The notes under the pieces are model-generated. The model was not told where the DNA came from. It saw only the letters and a program-made list of their open reading frames with translations, and did not search any database. Shown piece after piece: positions 35,601 to 48,700 of a DNA stretch of 64,000 bases. The position numbers were made by a program, and so were the translations under genes. Where the stretch lies: positions 10,478,001 to 10,542,000 of the forward strand of contig JBHGNT010000017.1 in the NCBI GenBank assembly GCA_043228905.1. Reading direction: 5' to 3'. Numbering within the stretch: position 1 is the stretch's first letter; each line of letters starts with the position of its first letter. The DNA is from Azolla caroliniana (taxonomy: Eukaryota > Plantae > Polypodiophyta).

Positions 35601-37728
35601 GTAGGTCACTTGTATGGAGCATACGACCGGAAGCCTTCGCCATCCAAAGTAAACGCGATCCAAGACATGAAAGAAGAATGTGAAAACCAAACGGAGGTTC
35701 GAAGGTTCCTTGGAGCATGTGTGTTTTATCATATCTGGATTCCTCACTACGCTCATGTCGTCGAACCGTTATATCGACTACTAAAGAAAAGAATGAAGTT
35801 TGAATGGCGAAGCAAGCATACAAACGCGATGCGAAGTTTGAATAAACTACTTCTTGAAGCTCCAACACTAAGAAAGGCCAATTATACCGAAAGGAAGCCG
35901 ATTTATGTGGTTGTAGATACGAGCCCAACCGGAATTGGGTGGGTCATCAACCAAGAAGGAGAAGATAATGCGCGATATGCCATCCGGTTCTCAATGAACG
36001 ACAACAAAGATACGCCCAAGTCAAGCGGGAACCTTGGGGTACTGTGTCGACAGTGAAGACGGACAAAGATTACCTGATCAGGACGGAAGTGATAATAGAG
36101 ACAGATTGTCTCCCAATCCTCGGAATGATCTCGGGATGTGTGACCCCAGATCTAGCTATGCTAAGCTGGATCGTGTATATCAAGTCTTTAAACCTAGAGA
36201 TCCGTCACATTGTAGGGAAGAAGAACGCCATGGCTGACATGCTGTCGAGGGCAAGATTTGAGAATGAAAGTGACATGGTTTCGGAAGATGAAGATGTCAC
36301 CCTCGACTAATCAAGATGGCTCGATTATCAGTGGAAGACAAGGACATGCTAACCTTCCACGCCTTCAACAAGGACAAGTACGAAGGGGAGTGGTTACTAA
36401 TCGGCAGATTCCTAAGATCAATGACGACGAATGCTTCGTTGACGAAGGAGGAGGCCCTACGAATCCGAAAGAAAGCTTACCAATACTTCTTGAAGGGAGG
36501 ATTCCTTTGGTGACGCCCAAAAAGAAGGACAGGAATACCACGTCGAGTGGTGGTGAAGAAAGAAGAGCAAGTGACGCTGATGACTGACTTCCACAAGAGT
36601 GCTTGGGCAGGTCATAGAGGAACATGGGCGACGTTCGAAAAGTTGAAGGAAAAGTATTGGTGGCCGAGCATGTACAAAGATGTACTCCATTTTGTGTCCA
36701 CATGCAAATCTTGGCAAGTACATTTGAATATACGTCATCGTGATGAGTTACGACCGACATACCCACTCACCATACACTTCAAATGGATGGTGGATCTGGT
36801 CTCGATGCCAATTGGAGTGGGACAAATGAAGTACTTAGTGCTGACAAGAGAAGACTTGACAAATCAAGTGGAAGGACGGGCCTTGACGAATAAGACGACG
36901 TAAGCTATTTGCAAATTTCTACTTGAAGAGGTTGTTTGCCGATACGGATGTGTGGGGAAGATAGTCGCCGATAGAGGGGAGTTGGATGCACATGAAGCAA
37001 TGGAGCTTTTTGAATGACTAGGCGTGAAGCTCTCCCTCACGACTGTCTACAATCCGGAAGCGAATGGGAAGATCAAGCGAGGGCATGGACCTATCGTCAA
37101 AGCCATCGTACGAGCATGCAACGGTCGAGTTGGGAATTGGCCACGACTATTGCCCTATGCCTTGTGGGACGACAGAATGACACACAACTCAGTGATAGGG
37201 TATATGCCAACGAAGCTTACGTATAGACAAAAGCCGGTGATGCCCATCGAAAGGACGATCGCCTCATGGGTAGCGATACCATGGGTGAACGAGATGAGCC
37301 GAGAAGAATTATTAGCGGCACAAATAAGGCAACTTGAAAGGAGACCTGAAGATCTAGAACATGCGCGAAAAATGATGGAGGCAGCCCGAGTGAAGAACAA
37401 AATTCGGTTTGACAAGACGCATCGACTGTGTCCCAAGAAGATCGAAGAAGGAGATTGGGTATTGGTCTACGATAGCAGCCTTGACAATCAACACAGTACA
37501 ACAAGAAAGTTCGCAAGAAGATGGTTCGGACCGTATGTGGTGATAAGTGCCAATGACAATGCCACATACCACCTTGCAGAGCTAGATGGATCAAGGTTGG
37601 TCATACCCATTGCCGGAAAAAGAGTAAATTTTTTCAAGAAAAGACAAGACGAGGCTCCTGTCCTCGATCACCTCGACGATAAAGATAGTCCAACAGAAGT
37701 AAATGAGGATGTGGAGGAGTCATACTGA
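32645..37728 (+). pseudogene. B pol (RT, RNase H, integrase) interrupted by solo LTR 33371-34976
   Basis: MPFLDDIPIKG, VDTSPTG, GHRG, YNPEANG, WFGPY. Confidence 0.92.
33371..34976. mobile_element. Solo LTR (family S), expanded version
   Basis: TG..CA ends; TSD CCGG; removal restores IPVPRAH; CCGGTT array at 34260-34660. Confidence 0.9.
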
Positions 37729-38290
37729 TCACTACTGCCAAAATCTCACTTTCTCTCTTCTTGGCACGTATCGGAGGACGTGCGGTTTGGTGGGGTGGAT
37801 GTTGTGAAGATTTTCAGCGATAGTGTGAAAATTGTAAGGAACATTTGAAATCGAGTGTGGCTCTTCTCACGAGAAAAACAAAACAATAATAGTGAAGATA
37901 ATATTTTGAATAAGTTTAATATCTAGGTACAAAAAGATGGAGGTCTTCAAGAGATTTCAAATGTGCTTTACCACATAAAAAACGGACATCTAAGTGACAA
38001 GTTATGTGGGAGTGAAGTAAAAGGACGAAGAGAAAAGTAAACTGTGAGATATCGCACATAGACAGGACAAACAAGGACCCTACAATATATAAAGTAGAGA
38101 AAAAGCTATTATCTTTGTGTGGAGCATAGAGAGTTCAAGGTGACTTGAACAAAGTTAATATGATGAATGAGTGTAGCCTAACTACAAGTTTTGGCCAACC
38201 AAAACCAGACCGGTGAACCGGGATCCGGCGACCGGATAGGTATATGAATAAATAAATAAATATATGTATATACATATATATAAACACAAG

Positions 38291-38360
38291 GAGTGCAAGT
38301 GTGGATTTGAACCTTAGACCTCTAAGTTGAGAGTCTATAGGTTTACCACTAAGCCAAGAT
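38291..38360 (-). promoter_or_regulatory. tRNA-like Pol III A-box/B-box module in the B 3' LTR (5' LTR copy at 22908-22977)
   Basis: A box TGGCTTAGTGG (38356-38346), B box GGTTCAAATCC (38313-38303). Confidence 0.7.
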
Positions 38361-38826
38361 ATTTTCTTGAAATAATATTTTTATCATTATATTTTTACAT
38401 GTAAATTTCCATACATGAGACCTTGAATGAGTAGAATGATTCTCATGCATCACATGTAACGCATGAGCGCCAAATGACAAGCATGGATCACATGCATCAT
38501 ATGCATGAGAGCATCTATAAAAGAGGAAATAAAAAAGAGAAAGGGAGGGTACTTTTTTTTATATGAAATTAAGAGAAGAAAATTCGTTATCGAATTGATC
38601 GTGTAACTTGTTTCTGAAATCTAAAGTCAATTGCTCAATCTTAATCTCTCTCTTTCGCCATATCAATCTTTCTCAATCTAAAGTCAAGCATTTCATCTCA
38701 ATCTCTCTCTCTCAAATTATCATAAATACTCTCTTGCTAAAGTTTGTGCCAACTTCGAATCCCTTCGGTCCAGAACCCCGATCGTTCCTCCTCGCGATTC
38801 ACACTTAGTGACGGATCTTCATGACA

Positions 38827-40400
38827 ACGCGGTCTTCCATTCATCTCCTGGTTAGATCCGTACGAGGTTATACACTCCCGTAAGTCGATCTTTGTGAAGA
38901 ACCTTGCACCATTCATCCGTTCTAAAAGACTTGAGATAAGGGTAAGTGCATACCTATTTCTGATGGTGACCTTATTCAAGCCACGACGGCTAGATATTTC
39001 AAATGTCGAATAAAACCATTTTCCAAATTCTCCTCTATATAGGCTCGAAGGACTTCTAGCTTGGTTGGTGACAAATTGTAGATCGGTCCCCATGGTGGCT
39101 CTTGTCCCGATTGTAAATCGATGGGGCAATCATACAGTCGATGATGAGGAAGAGTATTGGCTTGTACTTTATCAAAACCTTCGGCATAATGATGATACTC
39201 CTCTTTAATGGTGTCAGAGGGTTTTACTGATATTGTGAAGAGAAACATTTCTTCCTTGCGTCCTTCTTCCCGCAACTGATGTTACATCGAAATGGTTGCA
39301 ATCTTATGAATAGATCCTCGGGCTTGTCGTTACCGGATTTCTCTTGTTCTCCAATCTATGTATGGGTTATGTAATTCAAACCATGGTAATCCTAAAACAA
39401 TGGGATGTTCTGGGATACTAATTATATTAAATGATACTACACACGCTAGATTATCTAGGACAATATTAACGGGTTCTGACTCTTCTATGATATTTCCGGA
39501 AGCAATGGAACGACCATCAATGACTACTACAAAGGCTGGACACAGGAGTTTTCTGAAAGATATCTAATGAGCTTGGGCAAAATTCCTATCCATGAAGCAA
39601 GATTTAGCTCCGCGTAGGTGGGTTCTGATCTTGCCCTTGACATCTAGAATTGTTGTTCCAAATGTTGTTTGAAAAGGCGGTTGTCACATCTCACCGCATG
39701 ACTGATTGCTTCTGTTAATGCCTTTGGTTCTTCGGGGAAGGTCAAGAGTAAATCGTTGACAATGTTGCGTAAACCATAACAAAAATGCTCCATCAATTCT
39801 TGATCATCCCAAGGGATATCGGTGGTGAGTAGGCGGAAATCTGCAGTGTATGCGGAGGCTGGACGATCACCTTGGCGTAATCGTCGGATTTTGTTGATTG
39901 TTGTCCTTATGCTGTCAATATCTCCAAAACAGGCTTAAAACTCACTTATAAATTCTTCAAAATTGTTTAGTAATGGAGTTTCCTTTTCTAACAACGAAGC
40001 AAACCATGCCAATGTTGAGCCACTAAGTAGAGTGCCTATTAGTCCCACTCGTGATGCATCGGTGGGATATCGAGAAGGATGCATTTGAATCACTAAACGT
40101 ACCTGATTTAGAAAACCTCTAAACTAAGATTGGGTCCCATCAAATTTTGCAGCAAGATCGATCTTAGGTTCTTTGTGAGTCCCTTGAGTGTTTGATCCTT
40201 GTTGTTGTAGTGATACAATAGTCGCTTTATGTTGTTGTACACGTAACGTTAGCTCCCGTTATTGTTGTTTTTCTAGTGCTATTTGTTGAAGATCCCCCAA
40301 CAAACGGTGATTTTCTTGTTCTAGTGTATACAAATTTCTCTTTAAAGAACTAGAGCTTCGTGGAAACAGATTGGTATTCCTGAGCGCTAACATATTCCAT
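38827..40400 (-). pseudogene. C RT N-terminus, protease and gag
   Basis: [18 protein letters not shown]; EPKIDLAAKFDG-type gag paralogous to 59431-60105. Confidence 0.82.
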
Positions 40401-41248
40401 TTTACTTGGGAGGATAAGAGGATTAGTATGAAGGGAAAAAAGAGGTAACAAGATGAGGGAAACCGGAAAGAAGACCAGAAAAAAGGGGATATGTAAGAAG
40501 ATAAAAGGAAGTGGAGGAAAGGAAGAGATGGTAGGAGGACAAAATCGGTTCAAACTGTCAGGAATAGTACTGAGACAGAGAAGAAATTAGTACTAAGAGA
40601 GGAATATTAGTACTAAGAGGAATAGAGAGGAATATTAGTACTGAGACAGACATAAGGTCATGGGTTCGAGTCTTGCCATATCATGACATATTTAAAATAT
40701 GTGTGGAGGAACAATGAATGATATACGACTCATGGCCGGAGTTACAAAAGTATGCTTCTAGGATCCTATTCTAGCTAGGGGGCATCCTCTCTCCTCTTTT
40801 CCACTCCCTCCTTTCATTTCTCCTTCACATTTTATAGCTTTTCCTTTACACCCTTGGTGTGCTTTAGCACTTGGCGTGCTTTAGTCTTCCATCATTTTCG
40901 GTTGCACGTATGTTTCTAATTACGATTGCCTTCACGTACTTTGCCTACCTCTCGATTCGTTTCACACTTAATATACAAAAATTGGCCCATAGACAACACT
41001 TGGCACCTCAAACCCACAAAAATGAACAAAATACAAAGAGCGGTAATATGGCTATGGAACACTCAGTCCTCTGTCAAAATGTCGAGGATGCCTTCGGAGG
41101 TTGGGTGCACAGTTGTTCCCTCCATCGTCACCACCGAGATAACTGGTTCCGACTTGTTCTGTGGGGTTTGCTCAACCGAAATATCGGGCTCATGGTCAAT
41201 ATCTATCTACATTGCTAGTGAGGTGGGGGTTTCCAACTCTTGGTGTGG

Positions 41249-44205
41249 TTATGGTGCTAGCTTCATTTCGTCTTCCTTGGTCTTGTTGGGAACAGTTTCG
41301 TGAAAAGCCCGTTCCGTTTCTAGCATCAATAGCAATTGGTCGTCGTTGAATTCCTCAAGGAGGCTTTCGATTGCCATGGTGTGCGTTTCGGCCAAGGCTT
41401 GGAAGTCTTCTGTGAATTCTTCTTGGACCATTTGTATACTATTTTCGTCCATTTTGTAGAAACTGCGACCTTCTTTCTTTCGATTCTCGATGTTAGCTTG
41501 TAACACCTGGAGTTCGACACCTTGAGCCGACCATTCCTTCCAGCCGCTAGCGAGCATCTCTTCGTGCAAAGTCGTTCCTCACGAATGTCGTACTTGGCTT
41601 GGAGTGTGGTTGTCTCTCTTTTAGCTTCTTCCGCCTCCCGCTGCAGTTTGACTTTGAGGATCTCGCATGTGTTGAGGGCGACGATCTCTCTTTTAATTGG
41701 TCGAACCGGCGGAGGAGAGGATCCATATTGTCGGCTGATTCCTTCAAATACTACTTGCGTTGCCTTTCGAATTCCAACGTTGAGTTCATTTGATGTTCGT
41801 GAAGGGAGTCCGCCAGTTGGCATCGTTCTTGCTCGGTTTGGTCCCATTTTTGTAGGAACTGACTAGAGCATACCCGTAATTCAATGAGCTCCTTGTTTAA
41901 AGATACGACTTTTGCAGCAACGATGTCCTGTATAGACTTAATAGATGTTGCGGCGTTATTTTCAGCGTCCTGTAGTTGGGCCGTCCGATCATGGAACAAT
42001 TTCTGTAGTTTGGCTTCCATTTTTGCGGTCTGCTCCTTTATCTTCTCAACCTCCCCTCAGGCCCGCTCGTAGCATTCTTTGACCTTGTCCGCAACTACCT
42101 TGTGTAGGGCGATGTCTTCTTCATAGTTGCGAATGGCCGTTCTGATATCTTCCTCGGTCTGAGAGGATACCATCGTTTGTTCGCGAGGGTTGTTTGGGTT
42201 GGTTTGAGTGGCTATATCAACCATCTCGACGAAACTTGGTAGTTCTGTTTGGGTCGACGCTTCATGTGGGTTGGAAATGGGAAGGGGTAGAGCGAGCACT
42301 ATAGTCTGACCCATTGCTTGGATTTGTTGCTTGAGTTTGGTCCTCTAGCTCTCGGTAGCTTGCTACAAGTCTATGGCGGTCTTTCCTTGCTATCGTGCTA
42401 GTTTACAGTTGGCCGCCATGTCTTTTGTTGTGTGTGTGTTGTTCTATCTAGTTTGGATATGTTTCCACGAGTGCCGTATTCAGTTGCGGATGTTGAATGT
42501 GGGTGTGCCGTTTCTTCGTCGCTCGTTTACGGCACCCACCTTCTATAATTTTGGCACATCGTCCGAAATTGGCTTGTTATCCAATGCCCTTTTGATTACT
42601 TGTTGCTCAACGTGGTGTTGGGCCATGCAAGACGTGGCAGCGACTTGGAGACAAGACAAGAAGTCGATGAGCTTGTAAGTTGTGTTGTGCTGCAAAATGA
42701 TACCAAGCTCGTATGCCTCCCTGGGAAGATCCTTGAAGGTTAGTACTTCATTTTCCGAGAATCGTGATTGCTAGCCCTGTTCAATTGGTCTATTGAGGGC
42801 CAACGTCATGTTACGAACTACCGGGACGACGACCAGCTGCATATCTTTAGTCGTGGATTCCGTTGTTGTTTGGTCGTTGCTGAGGCGGTCAATTTGGCGG
42901 CGTTTCGCGGACGGGTTCTTTAGAGCGGTACGTTCCTCGCGACTTCTCTTCGTTTGGGGGACTGTTGAGCGGGAAGTCTCCGGAGCATGTTTGCGGCTTT
43001 CAGTGTGTTTGGCCGGTCTTGGGCTAGGAGTGGTGCGTGTCGAAGTGACTTTGGGCACGGGGGTTATAGCCTTGTCGTGGCCGCAGATTGTGATGTTATC
43101 GATACTTTCCGTGGTTGTCTCAGCCTGTGTTGGAGTAGGGGTTGGGGTTGGAGTATCGTCGTTCCATTCTTCTTGCAACAACTACAAGGTTCATTGTTGT
43201 TTGGCCTGAGTTGGGGGAGCGGGAAGCGCCAGTGTTTGGCGTTGTGGCGTTGGTGTTTAGGGAGGGTAAAGTATGGTTATGTATTGTGCCAGTTGTCACA
43301 GACGGGTAGACCAGGACATGGATAAGTAGGCAAGCTAAATATTAAGAGAGAGGAAAAGATCGATATATATAGAGAGAGAGAGAGCATAGACAAGAGAACA
43401 AGAGAGAGAGAGAAGGTAGACAAAAGAGCAAGAACTAAATTATGCTTCTGTAACTGGTGTTGTTCACCTTGATTGTAATCAAGGTGCACCGAAGTATTTA
43501 TACAAGAATGTGGTGGTATGCATGCAAGCTAGAAAACATCTAGAGAGTGCATGGAAACTTCTAGAGAGTGCATGAAGCTACATTCTCTAGAAGTTTCTTG
43601 AAAGTTCTAGTGATTTACATAGAACATAATAAGTTGAAACTTATACAATACGATAATGCATAGATGGATGTAGTTCAATTGGTAAGGTTGCCCAATAAGA
43701 CCAGGAGGTCATGGGTTCAACCCCCTACATTCTATTGTGTCTATGACACCAGTATTGGAAGGAAACACTTACTTGATTGGAAGGAGGCCACCGCAACAAA
43801 GCGAGTATACCCCAATCGATAGCTCTGCCTCGATATGTCGTGATGATTAAGCCGGCTCTGTCTTGGGTATGCCATATGCATTGGCGGTGATGCATCCATA
43901 CTCCAAAAGAAAATGGGCCAGATTTCCAAAAAATTCATTGGAACCTCCGTGCGTGCGATGGGCCTTTGCGAATGCAGATTATTCTTCGAAATATTGCTCC
44001 AGAATGTGATGTGGCGGAGCATCGACATTGTGTTCACCCCCACACTTCTAACTAAGCGCAGAGTGGATCGGATTGTTGGTGATGGTGTCTGTATGCACCC
44101 TCCTGGCTACTGCCTACGCTTCGGGTGTGGAGCAGTGTCGAGGACGCGCAGGTATCCTCCCAAGCCATGCCTGCTGAGCCAAGTGCGGAGTTCGGTGGAT
44201 ACTTT
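41249..44205 (-). pseudogene. Extra ORF of element A downstream of pol (N-terminal domain, Thr/Pro-rich linker, coiled coil), split by a solo LTR
   Basis: Collinear minus-strand ORF fragments 43741-44043, 42771-43181, 42057-42314, 41751-42020, 41326-41847 and 41249-41569. Confidence 0.6.
43294..43748 (-). mobile_element. Solo LTR (chromovirus-like)
   Basis: TGTCAC..ATGACA; TSD CCAGT; minus-strand TATA near 43502; HSE 43589-43609; tRNA-like module 43666-43732. Confidence 0.88.
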
Positions 44206-44359
44206 GATCTTCATGGTTGTATTCGAAAGGAAGGAAGGTGAACAAGGATGGGAATGAGGAGACAGAGATTGCGAGAGCACTTGGGTGTAATGGGTTTGGG
44301 AGCGAGAGGGAGTTTGAGTAGAAGATGAGAGAGCTTGGGTGTCCTTGCAAGAATCTTCC

Positions 44360-45723
44360 CTACCATGCTAGGAACTCCCTATGCCCTAGATTCACAATCT
44401 TCCCTACCATGCTAGGAGTTAAGGACCACGCGTCGTGTGAACCGTTATTACTTGCTTTTTTCGTATGGCGTGCATGGCCTTTAAATAGTGAGTGAGGTTT
44501 TTTCTTTTTTTCTTTTTTTTCATAACTAAGTAGGTAGGAATTTACCGTGATTGGGGCATGTTGCCCCCCGATATTCTCAGTTTCACCTACCACAACCTGG
44601 TCCTGGCCATGCTCGTGTTTGGCAAGGGGGTTCAGTGGTGTCGGTCCGCGGTACGGTTTCAACCGAAATCCGTTGACCCAATTCTCCAATGTCTCCCCAA
44701 CCAGTGTGCCAAGATGGAACATGCCATTGAAAGTGTCAATAATCCAAAATGGTCCCGTCCACAAGAACCAAAGTTTTCCGAGCATTTCCCCTAGCCGTGT
44801 TTGGAACACTAGGACTAGTTGGCGGATTTCGAAAGATTTTTCAGAATCATGGCGATGTCGATCTACGAAAGCTTTTTGTCATTTTTGACCATGTTCCAAT
44901 TAGGCGAAATTGGCGATGCACTCCTCCCCTAGTTCAAGTAGTTGTTCAAGTCGTTGTCGTTCTAACCTGCATTCGAACAATCTTTCGGTTATTTGCAACC
45001 GAAGACTTGGAACTTGGAACTCGATCAACATCACAAATTCCAAGCCAAAAGCCATTCGAAAGGGCATGGACCCAATGCTCGTTTTGAACGTAGTGCGGTA
45101 AGCTCACAATGCACTGTGTAATTTGTCGTCCCAAACCGTGAGATGTTCGTTCACGATTTTCTTGAGAATGGTTTCTAGAGTTTTGTTCATGGACTTGGCC
45201 AGCACGTTGGCTTGAGGATAGTAGAGAGTGCTTTTCTTGTGAACCACCGCGTAATGGGAGGTTAAATCGCGGATAAGCTGATTGATAAAGTGTCCTCCTT
45301 GATCGCTCACTAGTTTGATTGGGCATCCAAAAGGACACCACAAATATTCATACACGAATTTAGGTGTTGATGCAACCGTGTTGTCGCGTAGTGCTTTCTC
45401 TTCAACCCATTCTCTTCAACCCATTTTGTCCAATAATCGGTTCCGATGATTATATACTTCTTACCTATATGCCTTGCGGGTGGTTTGAATGCGCCTACGA
45501 AATCCAATCCCCATTTCTTGAAGGGTTCCAAAGGGAGGATTGGTTGGTGTGGCATTTGGTCTTGTTTCCTTAGTTGGCCTATGCATTGACAAAGATCACA
45601 TTCTTTATAGAATTTGTGGGCGTCTTTTTTCGTGGTAGGCCAACATAGCCCGCTTTGCCAAAATTTCCGAGTTGTGGATCCTCTGCATAGTGACCGCCGG
45701 CAATGTTGTGGTGGGCTTTACGT
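44360..45723 (-). pseudogene. A integrase
   Basis: HHNIAGGH, EPFKKWGLDFVG, SDQGGHF, YYPQAN, WTGPF. Confidence 0.88.
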
Positions 45724-48700
45724 TGTCGTGATGTTGCACATCCAATGGGAGAAAAAGTGAAAAAGTGTGGTTCCACACACATTACACAAATACTTGTAAA
45801 AATGAAAATAAATCAATAATAAAGAATCCTAGGGCCTAATGGCATTGAGTGCGTATAGAGTGCCACAAGTAAAATTTGAACCTTGCACCTCCAAGATAGG
45901 AGGCAATTACCATACCACTAAAGCTACTACTAAGTGCTTTAGATTTTGTATATTTCCTTGTCATATTCAGTATTGCATAACGTACAAAACTGTGTGCACA
46001 AAACCATGGATTTAAGCCCATGGTTTTATGCATGACATAAGCCAAACCGTGTGCACAAAACCATGGCTTTAGCCCATGGTTTTGTGCATGTCACAAGCAT
46101 GCAGAGACCTATAAAAGCCTCTAGTTGGGCTTGTGTACAGGGGGCTCAATATGTGATATCATTATCATCACCATCAATATAATCTTCTTCTTAATATTCT
46201 TCTTGAAATCTATCTTCCTCTCAAGTGTAAAATCTTTGATCTTCTCAAGTGTGACATTAGTTTCCTCGATTCCTACATATACATCGCCATCTTTTCGAAA
46301 ATTTCGCGAATGTCCTCCCCGGTCTGAGATCTCGGTGGTCCCGCTGAAGCGAAGCAAGCACGCACGCGCATCTTCGCGATATCTTTTGGTGAACCCGACG
46401 TGAAGAGCGGCAGGTGAGGATGAAGACGGACGAGGAATATCTCATGAAGTCAATGTCGAAAATGATGATGGAATTTTCGAGAGAAGGTAAAAGACGAGAT
46501 GTGGCCGAACAAGCCATCGAAAGCATGGTCGAGCGAGTCAGCTATTTTGACTGGGGCATAGTCCAAAGTTTTCTAGACACCGACAATGTCGAGATGGATT
46601 CGAGAGATTGAATGAAGCTATGAGGCTGGAGTACTTTTGTCGAGTGGTGGTTGAACCGATCTACAAAGAGGTAAAAGAGCTTCGAGAATCTCATGATTCC
46701 TGGGTGATTTTCACAGAGGCTCTATGGAAGGCATATCGCTACGAGAGACCGAAGGGACGAGGTCGGCGTGAGTTCGACCAATGGGTGACATCGGTGAAGA
46801 CCTACCAAGGTGCGACACAAGCATTCCTAGAATTCGAGCGTCGTTGCTCTCAACTGTCGAAGGAGCATGAACAAAGATTGGTGGGGGTGGATGAGGTTTT
46901 GTTGTTCGTGAAGTCGATTGATCGAACGGAAAGGATGGCCATTGGACTCAAACTCGAAGAAGATTATGGTGCAAATGGCCTCATTGAGGATTGGAGAAGA
47001 GTGGAAAGGGTATGCCGACAACACAACGAGAGGAAGACGAGATTCTCGTCGACCACAACACGACCCATGAGGGATGTTCAAAGGAGAACGGGATGTGGCA
47101 ATACACCACCACCACCACCAAAGGAAGAAAGCTCGAAGAGGGAAGATTAGATACTCAACATAGAAGTCTTTATGAGAGAGGCATTTGAGAACTTAAAGGT
47201 GCAAGTTGAGGCTGAAGAGGAACTTCAAAAGGGACAAAAACTGAGGCGAACGATGGTGGAGGAAGAACAGACCTCTCCACAAATGCAGATTAAGGAAGTG
47301 GTGGATTCGAAGGCTCAAGTTCAGTACGACAGTACCACGGGAGAAGGTGTAGAACAAGACACCTTCTCGACTTATGGAGGAACGATGGTCAAGAGAAAGA
47401 CCAAAGACTTGAGAGCGGGAAATGCTGCTTTAAGAGTGGATGAGCATTTCGGAACACACGTTGTGAACAAAATATCGAGTGATGAAGGTGCAAGCATGAG
47501 CAAAGCTTGTGTGATCAAGGGAGATAAAGAATGCAATGCTGACATGATTGAGGCGGTAGCCATGAGGAACGACATCAGGTCGAAGATGGCTATGCACGAG
47601 TCCACGACAGATGGCCGTGTCGAGACTTTCCCAACACTTGATCTAGAGACTTGGGCAGTTGTGTTCGAGAGCCAACATGAGACTCAAGAGACGGAAAGTG
47701 GCAGGGAAGCAAAGATTGAAGCCAAAGCGAATAACAACGTTGAGGGAAAGATGTCTATGGATGGTCGATGGTGATCGATGGTGCAAATGTTCCTGAGACT
47801 TCGGCAGTTGTGCCCGAGTGTCAATGTGAGACCGGAGAGACGGAAGGTGGCGGCAGGAAATCGGAGGACTGAAACGGCGATGAGGGGGATGGCCATAGAT
47901 GAAGGGATCCCTCCACACCAGTTCTAGAGACTTTGGTAGTTCTGCCCGGGAGCCAACATAAGACCGGAGAGATGGAAGGTGGCGGCAAGGAGATGAGGGT
48001 CGAAGCTAGCACATATGGAGGAACGGTGGCCAACAAGGACACCAAAAACTAAGCTACAATAGAGTTCGATGAAGAGCCAGATAGCAGAAGGAAAGGAAGA
48101 ACCGGAATACAATCCGGATGGAAGATGGCACAATTGGTATTCCGACCCAAACGGAAGCCGACCCGAACGAGAGTTGATCAACCGGGTCCGACCCAACTGA
48201 AAACCGGATGGAAACTGACCGGAACGAAAGTTGATCGTCTGAGTCCGATTCGGCTGAATGCGAATACGGACGAAGGCCAACCAAGCCAAAAGTTGATTGG
48301 TCGAAACCGATACAGACAGAAGTTGAACCGTCCTAAACCGAGGTTGAAGCAAACGAGCCCCGACACCCGGTCGAGGCTGGTGAGCATAAGGAAAGGCAAG
48401 CATGAGACCAAAAATGATGATAATGGAAGGTTAGGTGACCAAGGAGATGGCCGAGATGAAGGTGGCACATGCACGATGCATGAAGCGTTATGCTCAGGAG
48501 GAGCAAAGGGAGCCATGACAACTAGACATAAAAGGTGAGCGAATGATATGGTGGATCGGATGGCAACAACAGTTCGAAGTAGACGACAAAAAGACGGTGT
48601 GGGTGAGGTGCAAGAAAGGACGAAATCAAAGACCAACCACCTTTGACCCCGCCAAATCACTCTTTTCTTCTTGGCACATACCAGAGGATGTGCGGTTTGG

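Larger units (their letters stand above)
22385..38826 (+). mobile_element. Gypsy element B (Phygy-like) inserted in the RT of C
   Basis: LTRs 22385-23159 and 37800-38826; 4-bp TSD ACGC; removing B restores EWKTAFRTRY in C; PBS 23168-23184. Confidence 0.93.
11756..40688 (-). mobile_element. Chromovirus C (Tcn1/Tf1-sushi-like)
   Basis: LTRs TGTCAGG..CATGACA (11756-12077 + 18963-19006; internally deleted 40556-40688); TSD TATTT; PPT AAAAGGGGGATAG on the minus strand at 19007-19019; chromodomain. Confidence 0.9.

Noticed and set aside
38291-38360. Functional tRNA genes
   Set aside because: Only the A and B boxes and part of the T arm are tRNA-like; there is no consistent anticodon arm or full cloverleaf
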